Part shown: positions 28,034 to 37,431 of the stretch, piece by piece | How positions within the stretch are numbered: position 1 is the first letter of the stretch | How the letters are laid out: the number at the start of each line of letters is the position of its first letter | Source of the DNA: Candidatus Levybacteria bacterium RIFCSPHIGHO2_01_FULL_40_16 | Lineage (GTDB): Bacteria > Patescibacteriota > Microgenomatia > Levybacterales > UBA12049 | Length of the DNA stretch: 64,000 nt | Assembly: GCA_001783805.1 (NCBI GenBank) | Contig: MFNS01000007.1 | Location: forward strand, 1,594-65,593 | Direction: 5' to 3' | Translations under genes and position numbers: made by a program | The notes under the pieces: generated by a model | Database searches by the model: none | What the model was told of the DNA's origin: nothing | The model's input: only the letters and a program-made list of their open reading frames with translations

Positions 28034-28065
28034 TCCCGAGGAATCGGGATCCCGACGATTCGGGA
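28034..28065 (-). terminator. twin tandem GC hairpins (tcccga-NNNN-tcggga x2), followed by T-rich sequence on the minus strand, downstream of paralog B
   Basis: tcccgaggaatcgggatcccgacgattcggga. The minus-strand transcript would end in a U-rich tract. Confidence 0.45.
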
Positions 28066-28154
28066 AAAATTAAAAATTTCAAATTAAAAATTAGTTAAAT
28101 GCTATTATAGCAGTTTTCTCAAACATTCTCAAGAGAGGAATTTGAAGATGTAGA

Positions 28155-28934
28155 CTAAGCTTTCTTTACTTCTTCAAAACGACCACCCGTCTTCGGATTG
28201 TGATCCTGCGGATGCAGATTAAAATAAAGAGCCAAGAAACCATCCCAACCGAATGTGGCACAGACCACATCTTCCTCGTCGTAACGAGAATCAAGCCGAG
28301 ACCATCTGGATCCCTTATCTAAATAATGTCCAGTTAAATTTTTTCTGGCTTGGGAAACAAGAATATATGTGCTTAGCGTCTGACTTGAATATCCTAGTTT
28401 TTGGGCATGTTTTTCCAGATCTTCTTGAGTAGTATTAAGATTTGGAGTAATGATAGTCGCTTCTACTTTAATCCATCCGCCTTTTTTGCTTCCATCAGGA
28501 CTATCCTGTATAAGAGTTTCTTCTCTAACTCGTCTAATTATGCCTTCCCTAATCTGTGTAATGGGACCTGCTTTAGGATCACAAAATTTCATCTTTGGAT
28601 ACATTTGTCCCAATTTGTCGAATCCTTCTTGTCCAGTAAGCTCTTGCGGAACATAAACCATCATGGAGGGGACTTTTTTACCTTTAACGCCTGTCATTGG
28701 TTTTCTTATTTCTTTTTCTGTCCAATTGCAATCCGGCACAGAAATATCCAGTCCTATTCTTTTTCCATCTGCTTGCAATTTTGCTTTCCAAAATTTAGTA
28801 ATTGCTTCTGGAGAAAAAAAATTTGTTTTAAGCTCTACTATTGATTGTATTAAATGATCCGATCCTTTTAAAAATTCTGACATATTATTTATTAAACACT
28901 TGTGGAGCCTTTGTAGATTTTGGGAGCCAGCCAA
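28155..28934 (-). CDS. hypothetical protein, paralog B of the same uncharacterised family (259 aa)
   Basis: Paralogous to 23813..24532. It occupies the rbfA/truB position between infB/DHH and rpsO, and overlaps the upstream ORF by 43 nt. Confidence 0.5.
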   Translation of the reverse strand: MAGSQNLQRLHKCLINNMSEFLKGSDHLIQSIVELKTNFFSPEAITKFWKAKLQADGKRIGLDISVPDCNWTEKEIRKPMTGVKGKKVPSMMVYVPQELTGQEGFDKLGQMYPKMKFCDPKAGPITQIREGIIRRVREETLIQDSPDGSKKGGWIKVEATIITPNLNTTQEDLEKHAQKLGYSSQTLSTYILVSQARKNLTGHYLDKGSRWSRLDSRYDEEDVVCATFGWDGFLALYFNLHPQDHNPKTGGRFEEVKKA

Positions 28935-29839
28935 TCATCCGGAGGATTATTCTCATCTCCGCCGGCTGGCGGATTTACTTCCTCTTTGGCGAAGGCGGCC
29001 TGCTTTTCTCCAACTTTTGCCTGAAACTTTGGGGAAAAAAATGCATCCGTTTGGACTTCGGGTATTAAACCGTCTTTTGTTTTTCTAACCGCACCTTTTT
29101 TCAAAAGCATTGCTGCTGTTTCAAAAGCCAATGAGCTGGTGGTGGTACTCTGGAAATTATCTGTTGCGGCAATAATACCTGCCAATAAGTTGGAAGCAAT
29201 ATCAACATCCATCTTCAAATCCAATGAGGTCAGGAAGTTTGCCATGAGCTCACAAACCGATGATGCGCTTTTACCAAGAAGTGGTATGTCTCCGAATCCC
29301 TGATTTTCAGGCTTGTAATCGATATTGATTACTCTTGAGTCTTTAAGAGTTTCCATGTCAAAAGCTGTTCCCAAATCCGATATCCGCGGTGTTCCTACAA
29401 TAAAAACCAAGCCCGGAGCTTTTCCCTCTCTTTTGTATTCAATGTCTTTCTCATTAAAAGAAAGGCCATCTTCGCCTGCTTTTACCAAAATATTTAATTT
29501 TCCTTCTTCAAGGGTATAGGAAATTTTCTCAATTTCTCCTTCTTTATACGGAAAGGTCACTGTTAGGTCTCCATTTGCACCTCCATCAAAAGATTTTTTT
29601 ACTTTGTTTATTCCAACCAAAGAAGATACTTCTACAATCGGTTCAGTTGGACAAATAACGGAAATTTCCCTATTCTCTCCTGAAAGTGCAAGATATAAAG
29701 ATAAGGCAGCGGCCATCTCATCAATACCGGGATTTTTGCCAACAGCAATACCAATACTTTCGTTTTTGGCGAGGAGGTCTTTGATCTTTTGAAGTATTAC
29801 GTTATCCATAAATTCCGACTTAAGATTTAACCATGGCAT
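28892..29839 (-). CDS. DHH/DHHA1-like protein (NrnA-like position), catalytic motifs apparently degenerate
   Basis: Position after infB and the overall NrnA-like length. A DHH motif is not evident (GKNPGIDEMAAALSLYLAL replaces DxD). Confidence 0.35.
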   Translation of the reverse strand: MPWLNLKSEFMDNVILQKIKDLLAKNESIGIAVGKNPGIDEMAAALSLYLALSGENREISVICPTEPIVEVSSLVGINKVKKSFDGGANGDLTVTFPYKEGEIEKISYTLEEGKLNILVKAGEDGLSFNEKDIEYKREGKAPGLVFIVGTPRISDLGTAFDMETLKDSRVINIDYKPENQGFGDIPLLGKSASSVCELMANFLTSLDLKMDVDIASNLLAGIIAATDNFQSTTTSSLAFETAAMLLKKGAVRKTKDGLIPEVQTDAFFSPKFQAKVGEKQAAFAKEEVNPPAGGDENNPPDDWLAPKIYKGSTSV

Positions 29840-31425
29840 ATTAACATATCCCCCATAGTAAAGTCAAGAAAAGGAGAGAGGATAACGCCGCCTTCCTGTC
29901 CTTCTCCTATTTTCGAGACAACATTCTTACCTATCCTAACCGAATTGATTGTACTTTCTCCGATAATTTCTTCTTTTCTAATCAATCTAACCTTATCTCC
30001 GCGAGCAACGCGTCCTTCCAAAACCTTAATTCCTAAAACTTTGGTTGCATCATATGGAAAGGATGCCAGGATTTTTGCCCGTCCGTAAATTTCCTCAACC
30101 AGTGCCAATTGTTTTCCTGCCAGAACATCCTTTATCTCCGATATTAACTCGTAGATAATTTTATAGTTTTTGGCCAAAACTTTTTCTTGAGCCGCAAATT
30201 TAACAATTTCAGGCTTAATCCTGGCATTAAAACCCAAAACTATTGCATTAATTGATTTCGCCAGGAGAATATCCGTGGTCGTGATGTCGCCGGTTTTCTG
30301 AAGAGCAATATTTATTTCCGGGGGAAGCGATCTGACAATTGCTTCCAAAGATCCCTGATTATCCGCGCATAAAACAATCGAAAGTGTCGGCACTTTCTTC
30401 TCATTCAAGAAATCCTCCGGCATCGGCATCGCTTCCTGCCCGGAATGAAAAGGCAAAGGAGCAAGTGGCGGAGTTGGAAATGGAGGGGTGACGCCAGAGG
30501 AAGGGCTCCCGACAACGCGGACTGAGCCTGTCGAAGGAGCATTGGCGGGAGGGAAACTGGCGGCAGGACCCCGACCCGCGGAAACAGAACCCACGGATAA
30601 TACTAAACCTCCCACCGGCGGAACTTTTTCAAATCCCGAAACCTCCACCGCTTCCCCAGCACCTGCTTTATCCAAATGTATACCTTTGTCATTAATAATT
30701 GTTCTGACGCGGGCTTTTATCCCTTCGCATTCAATTTCATCCTTTATTGATAATGTTCCGGATTTAATAACTATCGTTGCTCTGGATCCGGATTTTTGAT
30801 CAAGACGGGACTCAATCACAATGCCTTTAAGCTTATTATCCAAACTTGGCTTCTGTTTCATAGCAAATACCAGACTGATTAACTCTAATAATTCTTTGAT
30901 ATTGGTATTGGTTTTCGCGGATACGGAAATATACGGCACATCTCCTCCGTAACCTTCCAATAAAACTTCTTCTTTCACCAATTGGCCTTTGACTTTTTCC
31001 TCCTGAATTCCGGATACATCCGCCTTGGTTAAGACGACAATAAAGGGAATTTGGGCTTTTTTGAGAATCTCAATGCTTTCTTTGGTCTGCGGCATGACTC
31101 CGTCAACCAGAGATACGACCAATAATCCCATATCTGCGGCTTGAGTTCCGCGTCCCCGCATGTGTGCGAAAGCTTCGTGTCCGGGAGTATCAATAAAAGT
31201 AATGTGTTTCTTAATTCCTTCGACGGTAATTTCCACGCTTGAGGCTCCGATTCCCTGAGTTATTCCGCCATGTTCGCGGGAGGCAACATTTGTTTTTCGG
31301 ATTACATCCAAAAGCGAGGTTTTCCCGTGGTCAACATGACCTAAGACCGCAATCACAGGAGGAATTAATGAAGCTACACTAGATAATTTTTCATTTCTTG
31401 AAATTTTATTTGATGTTTTTGCCAT
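29827..31425 (-). CDS. infB: translation initiation factor IF-2 (short form) with a ~60-aa P/S/G-rich GC-rich insertion before the C-terminal domains
   Basis: G-domain AVLGHVDHGKTSLLD, DTPGHEAF, TKAD. The insertion SVGSVSAGRGPAASFPPANAPSTGSVRVVGSPSSGVTPPFPTPPLAPLPF is encoded by 30420-30620. Confidence 0.9.
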   Translation of the reverse strand: MAKTSNKISRNEKLSSVASLIPPVIAVLGHVDHGKTSLLDVIRKTNVASREHGGITQGIGASSVEITVEGIKKHITFIDTPGHEAFAHMRGRGTQAADMGLLVVSLVDGVMPQTKESIEILKKAQIPFIVVLTKADVSGIQEEKVKGQLVKEEVLLEGYGGDVPYISVSAKTNTNIKELLELISLVFAMKQKPSLDNKLKGIVIESRLDQKSGSRATIVIKSGTLSIKDEIECEGIKARVRTIINDKGIHLDKAGAGEAVEVSGFEKVPPVGGLVLSVGSVSAGRGPAASFPPANAPSTGSVRVVGSPSSGVTPPFPTPPLAPLPFHSGQEAMPMPEDFLNEKKVPTLSIVLCADNQGSLEAIVRSLPPEINIALQKTGDITTTDILLAKSINAIVLGFNARIKPEIVKFAAQEKVLAKNYKIIYELISEIKDVLAGKQLALVEEIYGRAKILASFPYDATKVLGIKVLEGRVARGDKVRLIRKEEIIGESTINSVRIGKNVVSKIGEGQEGGVILSPFLDFTMGDMLICHG

Positions 31426-31493
31426 AATATATTACTAATTTTCAATTTTAAATTTGAAATTTTCATTGAAAATTAAAAATTAAAAATTTTAAA

Positions 31494-32747
31494 TTACTTA
31501 CTCTCATCTTTTTTTTCCTTTGGAATCTCTGGAACTTCTGTTTTTATTTCCTTCGGCTCGCTCGCCTCGCTGGAGCTTTGGCGAAGCGGGTCGGAGCTCT
31601 TTGCGGAGGCGGCTTCTTTTTCCTCTTTCTTTTCTTTTTTTTCTTCAATCTTTTTTTCTTCAACCGGTTTTACTTCCTCTTTCTTAATGGTTTTGCTTGC
31701 CCCTTCGGAGTCCCGATCTAATCGGGACGCAGTAGTGTCCTCTTCGATCTCAATTCTGTAATCGGTTAATTTTGAAGCAAGTCGGACATTTTGTCCATCC
31801 CGGCCGATTGCTAAAGAAAGCTCTTCAACCGGAACAAATACGTGAGCAACTCTTTCTTGCCCTTCCGTAGCTTTAGCGGAGGAGGGTTTGTCCAATTCCA
31901 CTCTGACATTTTTTGCAGGGGACAAAGCTTGGGCAATATAATCCTTGGCATTTTCCTGCCACTGAATAATGTCGATTTTTTCAACGCCGCCGAATTCCGC
32001 AATAATTGCTTGAACCCTGACTCCCCGCTGTCCAACGCAGCTTCCAACCGGATCTATTCCCTGTTGATTTGAGAAAACAGCAATTTTACTTCTGGCTCCT
32101 GCTTCTCTGGCAATATTTTTTATAACCACACTTCCCTTGGCAACTTCCGGAACTTCTCTTTTAAATAATCCTTCCAGAAGTCCGTTATTAGCTCTTGAAA
32201 CAATAATTTCGTCCCCTTTGAGCCCGGTTCTGATTTCCGAAATATAAACAGCTACTCTTTGATTCAAATGATATTTTTCATTGGGAATTTGCTCCGGAAT
32301 CGGCATCAAAGCTTCTGTTTTTCCGACATCCACAATGATATTTGGTCCGGCAAACCGCAGGATCATGCCATTGACAATGGTTCCAACTCTTAATTTATAA
32401 TCTGCAATGATTGCTTCTTTTTCCTTTTCTCTGATTTTTTGCAAAATCACTTGTCTCGCGGTTTGGGCTGCGATTCTTCCAAAACCGGGTGGTGTTACAT
32501 CTTTTTTGCCTTTTAATATTGTTGCTTCACCGGTATTTTTGTCCAAAGTTGCGGAATATTCTTCCAATTCAACATCCGGATGGTCTTTTTTGTAAGCAGC
32601 CAGAATCGCGTTTTTGACAGTGTCCAAAACCACTTCAACGTCAACGCCCCGCTCGTTGGCGACCTGATTTAAAGCTAATAAAAATTCACTTCTTTGAACT
32701 GCCGGCATAATATTGGCTAGTATACCAGATTCAGAATCAAGCTTCAA
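31494..32747 (-). CDS. nusA: transcription termination/antitermination factor NusA with a K/E-rich tail
   Basis: S1 and tandem KH domains (GPNIIVDVGKTEALMP, VGSCVGQRGVRVQAI). Confidence 0.85.
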   Translation of the reverse strand: MKLDSESGILANIMPAVQRSEFLLALNQVANERGVDVEVVLDTVKNAILAAYKKDHPDVELEEYSATLDKNTGEATILKGKKDVTPPGFGRIAAQTARQVILQKIREKEKEAIIADYKLRVGTIVNGMILRFAGPNIIVDVGKTEALMPIPEQIPNEKYHLNQRVAVYISEIRTGLKGDEIIVSRANNGLLEGLFKREVPEVAKGSVVIKNIAREAGARSKIAVFSNQQGIDPVGSCVGQRGVRVQAIIAEFGGVEKIDIIQWQENAKDYIAQALSPAKNVRVELDKPSSAKATEGQERVAHVFVPVEELSLAIGRDGQNVRLASKLTDYRIEIEEDTTASRLDRDSEGASKTIKKEEVKPVEEKKIEEKKEKKEEKEAASAKSSDPLRQSSSEASEPKEIKTEVPEIPKEKKDESK

Positions 32748-32762
32748 GGCAAGAAGAGAGCG

Positions 32763-33281
32763 CTAAGCGGTCACGGGCTGATAAAAATTTAATCCTTCTA
32801 ATAATGTCTCAATTATAATCTTTCTTTGATCTGAAGGGGCTTCATATATGAAATCGTCTTCTTTCTCATAGGAATATTTATATGCTCCTATTGAACCAAG
32901 ACCATCTCTTTTAAAGTTAATATCAGTGGTGCCGCCAATCGCGATATAAGCTTCTTCACTCATTCCTTCCTCCTCAGGCCGCCAGTAGCTAACGTGGACA
33001 TGTCCGCTTGATTTAGTTGGAAAAGAACATTCGTCTTCCAACCACCATTCTCTAGCTTTAAACTCTTCGCCATTAAGAATCTCTGTTTTTTCTGCTTTAA
33101 AATCAATCGTTGACATGGTTGCAAACGTATCGCTAATTGCTTCAAATAATTCTACATCTGTAGGTTCTTTTTTGGATAAGACTGTCAGTTTTTCTAATGT
33201 TTTTGCGCGGTCGGTAACTGGATTATAAAATTCAATAGGTTTTGGCGCCTCATTAGATAATCTTGGGGCTTCAGCGGTCAT
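32763..33281 (-). CDS. hypothetical protein (172 aa), in the rimP position but not recognisably RimP
   Basis: ORF only. Confidence 0.35.
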   Translation of the reverse strand: MTAEAPRLSNEAPKPIEFYNPVTDRAKTLEKLTVLSKKEPTDVELFEAISDTFATMSTIDFKAEKTEILNGEEFKAREWWLEDECSFPTKSSGHVHVSYWRPEEEGMSEEAYIAIGGTTDINFKRDGLGSIGAYKYSYEKEDDFIYEAPSDQRKIIIETLLEGLNFYQPVTA

Positions 33282-33509
33282 AAAGACAATTTAATAATAT
33301 AAATTCAGCAAATAAAAGTCAAGCTCGCGATTATTTTTAAGAATAAGGACTACACCTTTTTGTGTCAAGAGTATGCTGCTATGTAGCAGCGAACTTTCGC
33401 AAACTCTTGCGGACATTTTCAGACGCATTATAAATCCTTAGGTTCAGATATAAACCAGCACCAGGCGTTGACTGGCTTTGGACATAAGGATAACTCTAAA
33501 TAAATAATG

Positions 33510-33695
33510 CTTGCGAGCATTAAACAAAGCGCGTTAAACATTTTTGAGCAAGTTGTCAGGGGGATTCCTCACCCCGATCGAATCGGGATTGAGGAGGGGG
33601 TGCAAATCACCCGACAAAACGAGCCAAAAAATGTAGCGCGACTTTACCGCTCGCAGAGTTTTGGTACTTTTGCGGACAAAAGTAAGTAAAAAAAC
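33510..33695 (+). ncRNA. structured intergenic repeat / candidate ncRNA, copy 3 (diverged, lacks the 3'-most hairpin)
   Basis: Aligns with copies 1 and 2 with compensatory changes: aaaatt/aatttt -> acattt/aaatgt; cctca-...-tgagg retained; the inner loop is replaced by the self-complementary cccgaTCGAAtcggg; ctttg-tcgg-caaag -> cttttg-cgga-caaaag. Confidence 0.5.
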
Positions 33696-36151
33696 TAACT
33701 GTTAATTACTAATTGGAGATTATTAGTGGAATCGACGGAAATGTTAATTTTGTCGCCTCTTTCTATTTCTTCCTTGAGGATTTTTTGAGCCAGAACATCT
33801 TCAATATTATCCTGAATAAACCGCTTGAGAGGACGGGCTCCAAATTGCTCATCAAATCCTTCTTGTGCAATTTTTGCAATTATTTTTTCATCAAAATTAA
33901 CAGTGATGTCTTTTTCCAAAAGTTTTTTAGAAAGGTCGTTAAGCAATAATTTAATAATTTGCATAACCTCTTCTTTTCCCAAGGGCTTAAAAACAATAAT
34001 TCCGTCAAATCTGTTCAGAAGCTCCGGTCTGAATATTTCCTTTTTTTGCAAAAATTCCAACAGCTCTTTCTGAAAAGCTTTATCAATTACCGTTCCTTTA
34101 TTTACCTCCTCACGGATATATTCACTGGCTGCGTTGGAGGTTGCGATAACAATTGTATCTGTAAAAGAAACAATCTTGCCTGTATTGTCGGTCAGTCTTC
34201 CGTCATCCAAAACTTGCAAAAATAAATCAATTATTTTAGAATTGGATTTTTCAAATTCATCCAGTAAAACCAAAGAATAAGGATTTTCGCAAACCGCATC
34301 TGTTAACCCTTTTGAATCCACAACTCCCCCTAAGAAACGCTTCACAGAATCATCGGTTGAATATTCGCTCATATCAAATCTAATCATCTTATCTTCCCCG
34401 CCAAAATAAATGCCGGACAAGGCTTTTGCAGTCGCAGTTTTACCAACACCTGTTGGACCTAAAAATAAGAATGATGTTGGCTTTGTCTTACTACTAAGTC
34501 CTGTTCTTAATCTCCTCAAGGCTTCCGAAACTCCAAAAATAGCATCTTTTTGCCCGATTACATATTTGGAAAGTTCAGTTTCCAGATGAAGCAATAATTC
34601 TTTTTCTTTTTCTTTGGGAGCTCCGACTGCAATCTTGGTTCTGGATTCGACTTTGTTAATTACGTCCTGTTCTTCGATAATTTTTTTGCCCGACATAGCA
34701 ACTGCACTTGCAACATCTTCAAGAAGGGTTACACCTGCACCCGGCATTACGCAGTCCTGTAGATATTTATTGGCAAAATTGCTGGCCACTAGAACCGCTT
34801 TATATAAAATTGTAACCCTGTTGTTTTTTTCAATCTCCATACTTTTCTGTAAGAGCATTTGAAAAGCGACATCTTTATCGGGTTCTTCAAATTTCGCAGT
34901 TTCAAATACGCTTGCTAGGGTAAGTTTTGGTTCAATAAATTTCTTGTAAGATGAGGGGGTGACGTTTGCGATTATTCTAATTACGCCTTTTTGCAAATAC
35001 GGAATTAAAGCGCCCGACAGATTGGTGTTGAATGTTGAAGCGCCCAAAATATTCTCAAAATTCGGAATATAAATAATTATGTTTCCGCTATGAGAAATTT
35101 CCGTGATAATACTTTCCAAACGCTTTTCCAGTTCTCCCTGATTTACTGCTCCGGCCAAAAGAGCATCTACCAAAAGCTCGAAGAATCTTTGATGGCGCAA
35201 ATTTCCTTGCAAGTTCCCGACAAAACTATCATAAGCCAAGGCGTTGACAAAAGAGCCCCGTCCGCTTCCCGGATTTCCCACCAGAAGACAGCTTTTGTTT
35301 CTGCTCAAAGCCTCGACAACCTCCTTATACTCCTTGTCTCTTCCTAAAACCATTGGTTTTTTGTTAACCGCATAAGACGTAATATCTGTCATGTACTTAC
35401 TGGTTTCCAAAGTCCATCCGCTTACCCAACTCTCCCCAATTCCCTCGCCCCAAAAATCTACCCTGAAAGGTTGGGAAACTTGCGGGAAAACGGATTTTGC
35501 CCAAGCGGTAATGTTTTTTAAATCCTCCGTTTTGAGTTTTTTATTAAAAAATAATTTTGTTTTTTCTTCTGTGAGCAATAAATATGAAGCAAAAAAATCC
35601 AATGGATTATTATTATCCACATTTTTAAAAAGTTCTTCTTTGGAAAAATCAATTAATTGGACTTCGGATTTCGCAATTTCTGCTTTTTGCAAAACAAATG
35701 AAATGTCTTGTCTTGAAAGCAGTTCTTTGATAATTTGCTGTGTTGATTTTCCGGAAATATAATCTACCCAGCTTTTCTTAGGTTTAAAAATTGAAAATAT
35801 AGCTAGAATCCACAAAACCGAGAGAAAAAATAAAATCGGGTCTTTATACAATAAAACCGTTAAAACCGGCCAGGAAATAAAACTTATGATAAACAAAAAT
35901 TCTAGCAAAAGTAGTAGTAGCAATAGGATAACATCAGCAACAATAACCCACGTTTTTATAAACATCCCCATTCCAATAGAAAATCCTACCAATCCTTGCC
36001 GATACTCATTCTTCCAAGGCTTGAAATATGTTTTTATGAGAAGAGGCAGAGAAAATAGTTGTAAAAAAGCATTATTTAAGGAAACAAAAAAAATAATTAA
36101 TTTGTTAGGGAAATCTACAAACCAAAATCTTAAAAATCTCAAAGGCAGCAT
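33695..36151 (-). CDS. membrane-anchored ClpB/ClpC-like double-AAA+ ATPase (N-terminal ~130-aa polytopic TM region; first Walker A degenerate)
   Basis: Second NBD FLFLGPTGVGKTATAKAL, sensor/arginine-finger blocks and a C-terminal D2-small domain. The first NBD has GNPGSGRGS. The N-terminus has 3-4 hydrophobic helices. Confidence 0.7.
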   Translation of the reverse strand: MLPLRFLRFWFVDFPNKLIIFFVSLNNAFLQLFSLPLLIKTYFKPWKNEYRQGLVGFSIGMGMFIKTWVIVADVILLLLLLLLEFLFIISFISWPVLTVLLYKDPILFFLSVLWILAIFSIFKPKKSWVDYISGKSTQQIIKELLSRQDISFVLQKAEIAKSEVQLIDFSKEELFKNVDNNNPLDFFASYLLLTEEKTKLFFNKKLKTEDLKNITAWAKSVFPQVSQPFRVDFWGEGIGESWVSGWTLETSKYMTDITSYAVNKKPMVLGRDKEYKEVVEALSRNKSCLLVGNPGSGRGSFVNALAYDSFVGNLQGNLRHQRFFELLVDALLAGAVNQGELEKRLESIITEISHSGNIIIYIPNFENILGASTFNTNLSGALIPYLQKGVIRIIANVTPSSYKKFIEPKLTLASVFETAKFEEPDKDVAFQMLLQKSMEIEKNNRVTILYKAVLVASNFANKYLQDCVMPGAGVTLLEDVASAVAMSGKKIIEEQDVINKVESRTKIAVGAPKEKEKELLLHLETELSKYVIGQKDAIFGVSEALRRLRTGLSSKTKPTSFLFLGPTGVGKTATAKALSGIYFGGEDKMIRFDMSEYSTDDSVKRFLGGVVDSKGLTDAVCENPYSLVLLDEFEKSNSKIIDLFLQVLDDGRLTDNTGKIVSFTDTIVIATSNAASEYIREEVNKGTVIDKAFQKELLEFLQKKEIFRPELLNRFDGIIVFKPLGKEEVMQIIKLLLNDLSKKLLEKDITVNFDEKIIAKIAQEGFDEQFGARPLKRFIQDNIEDVLAQKILKEEIERGDKINISVDSTNNLQLVINS

Positions 36152-36204
36152 AGATTCAGTATATCACTTTTATTGTTCTTTGAGAGTGGAGAGGCCGACG
36201 AAGA

Positions 36205-36417
36205 TTATTTTTTTCGTTTCTTTTGAAAGAAAAGAATATAAAGAAGAGGTAAAACTCCAGCTGAATTAACAACTGCTAAAAAAATAAACCAATAAAGCTG
36301 ACTATTCCTTGCTGCTTTCCATAAAGCTACCGTCTTTACTATTATCTCAAAAATTGCAACAGTAAAAATTATTGGAAGCAACCAAGATAGATATTGCTGC
36401 TGATCAAATTCCATCAT
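36205..36417 (-). CDS. small membrane protein (70 aa)
   Basis: ORF with 2 TM helices. Confidence 0.35.
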   Translation of the reverse strand: MMEFDQQQYLSWLLPIIFTVAIFEIIVKTVALWKAARNSQLYWFIFLAVVNSAGVLPLLYILFFQKKRKK

Positions 36418-36466
36418 ATCTTATTTTTACTCCCAATAATTCCTCTTGTCAATATCGGAAGAAAGA

Positions 36467-37360
36467 TTAGAACCAGGAGGATTTCTTGTTGGAATCTTCG
36501 CCCATGAATTCTCTAAGAAGTTCTTTCTGTTTTCCGGTTAAGTGTCTTGGAACTATCACTTTTATTCTGACATAATGATCTCCGCGGCCACTCCCGTGCA
36601 GATGTGGAACGCCTTTTCCCCGCAATCTAATCGCAGTGCCCGGCTGGGTTCCCGAAGGAATTCTAAGTTTTAAATTTCCAGCAACTGTTTCAATATTTAC
36701 CTCTCCGCCCAAAGCCGCTAAGGCGAAGGAAATCTCCTTGACTCCGACAATATCATAGCCTTCTCTCTGAAATCTTTTGTCCGCAGTGACAGAAACAACC
36801 ACATCATAATCACCAAAGCGGATTCTGGAGCCTTCATCAACTCCTGCCGGAATTTTGATTGTTTGGGATTTTTCTCCGATATTGACTTTTTTTGTAGTCC
36901 CGTTGACTGCTTCCAGAAAATCAATGGTTAGGGAATAAGCTTGTCTTCTTTGTCTGCCGAAAGGCGATGCACCACCGAAAAATTGCTCAAAGATTTCAAA
37001 TGGATCATTAAAGCCTCCAAAATCAAAACCTGCTCCGCCGTCTCCGCCGGTTGAATAGGTGTAGGAAAAGGGTCCACTTTGAGCTCCGCCGAAAGGTCCG
37101 CCGGCTCCGCCAAATGGACCTTGACCGGCTCCTTGTTCAAAAGCCGCATGGCCGAATTGATCATAAGTCTGTTTTTTTTGCGGATCAGACAAAACTTCGT
37201 AAGCCTTGGTCACTTCTTTGAATTTGCCTTCTGTATCTTTACCCTTATTTCGATCCGGATGATACTGCAAGGCCAGCTTGCGGTAAGCTTTTTTAATTTC
37301 AGCTTCCGTTGCGTTTTTCGTAATCCCCAGCGTCTGATAATAATCTTTAGCGTCTGCCAT
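36467..37360 (-). CDS. dnaJ: DnaJ-family co-chaperone (J domain + G/F region + C-terminal domains, no Zn-finger; CbpA-like)
   Basis: YYQTLGITKNATEAEIKKAYRKLALQYHPDRN with an HPD motif. Confidence 0.85.
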   Translation of the reverse strand: MADAKDYYQTLGITKNATEAEIKKAYRKLALQYHPDRNKGKDTEGKFKEVTKAYEVLSDPQKKQTYDQFGHAAFEQGAGQGPFGGAGGPFGGAQSGPFSYTYSTGGDGGAGFDFGGFNDPFEIFEQFFGGASPFGRQRRQAYSLTIDFLEAVNGTTKKVNIGEKSQTIKIPAGVDEGSRIRFGDYDVVVSVTADKRFQREGYDIVGVKEISFALAALGGEVNIETVAGNLKLRIPSGTQPGTAIRLRGKGVPHLHGSGRGDHYVRIKVIVPRHLTGKQKELLREFMGEDSNKKSSWF

Positions 37361-37431
37361 ATTATTTTGTAATTATACAACAAACCCCGCCATGCGGGGT
37401 CATTAGAAATTAAAAATTAAAAATTAGAAAT

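Noticed and set aside
28892-29839. Confident annotation as the oligoribonuclease NrnA
   Set aside because: Position and length fit, but the DHH catalytic motifs are not apparent. This is left as DHH-like, possibly inactive.
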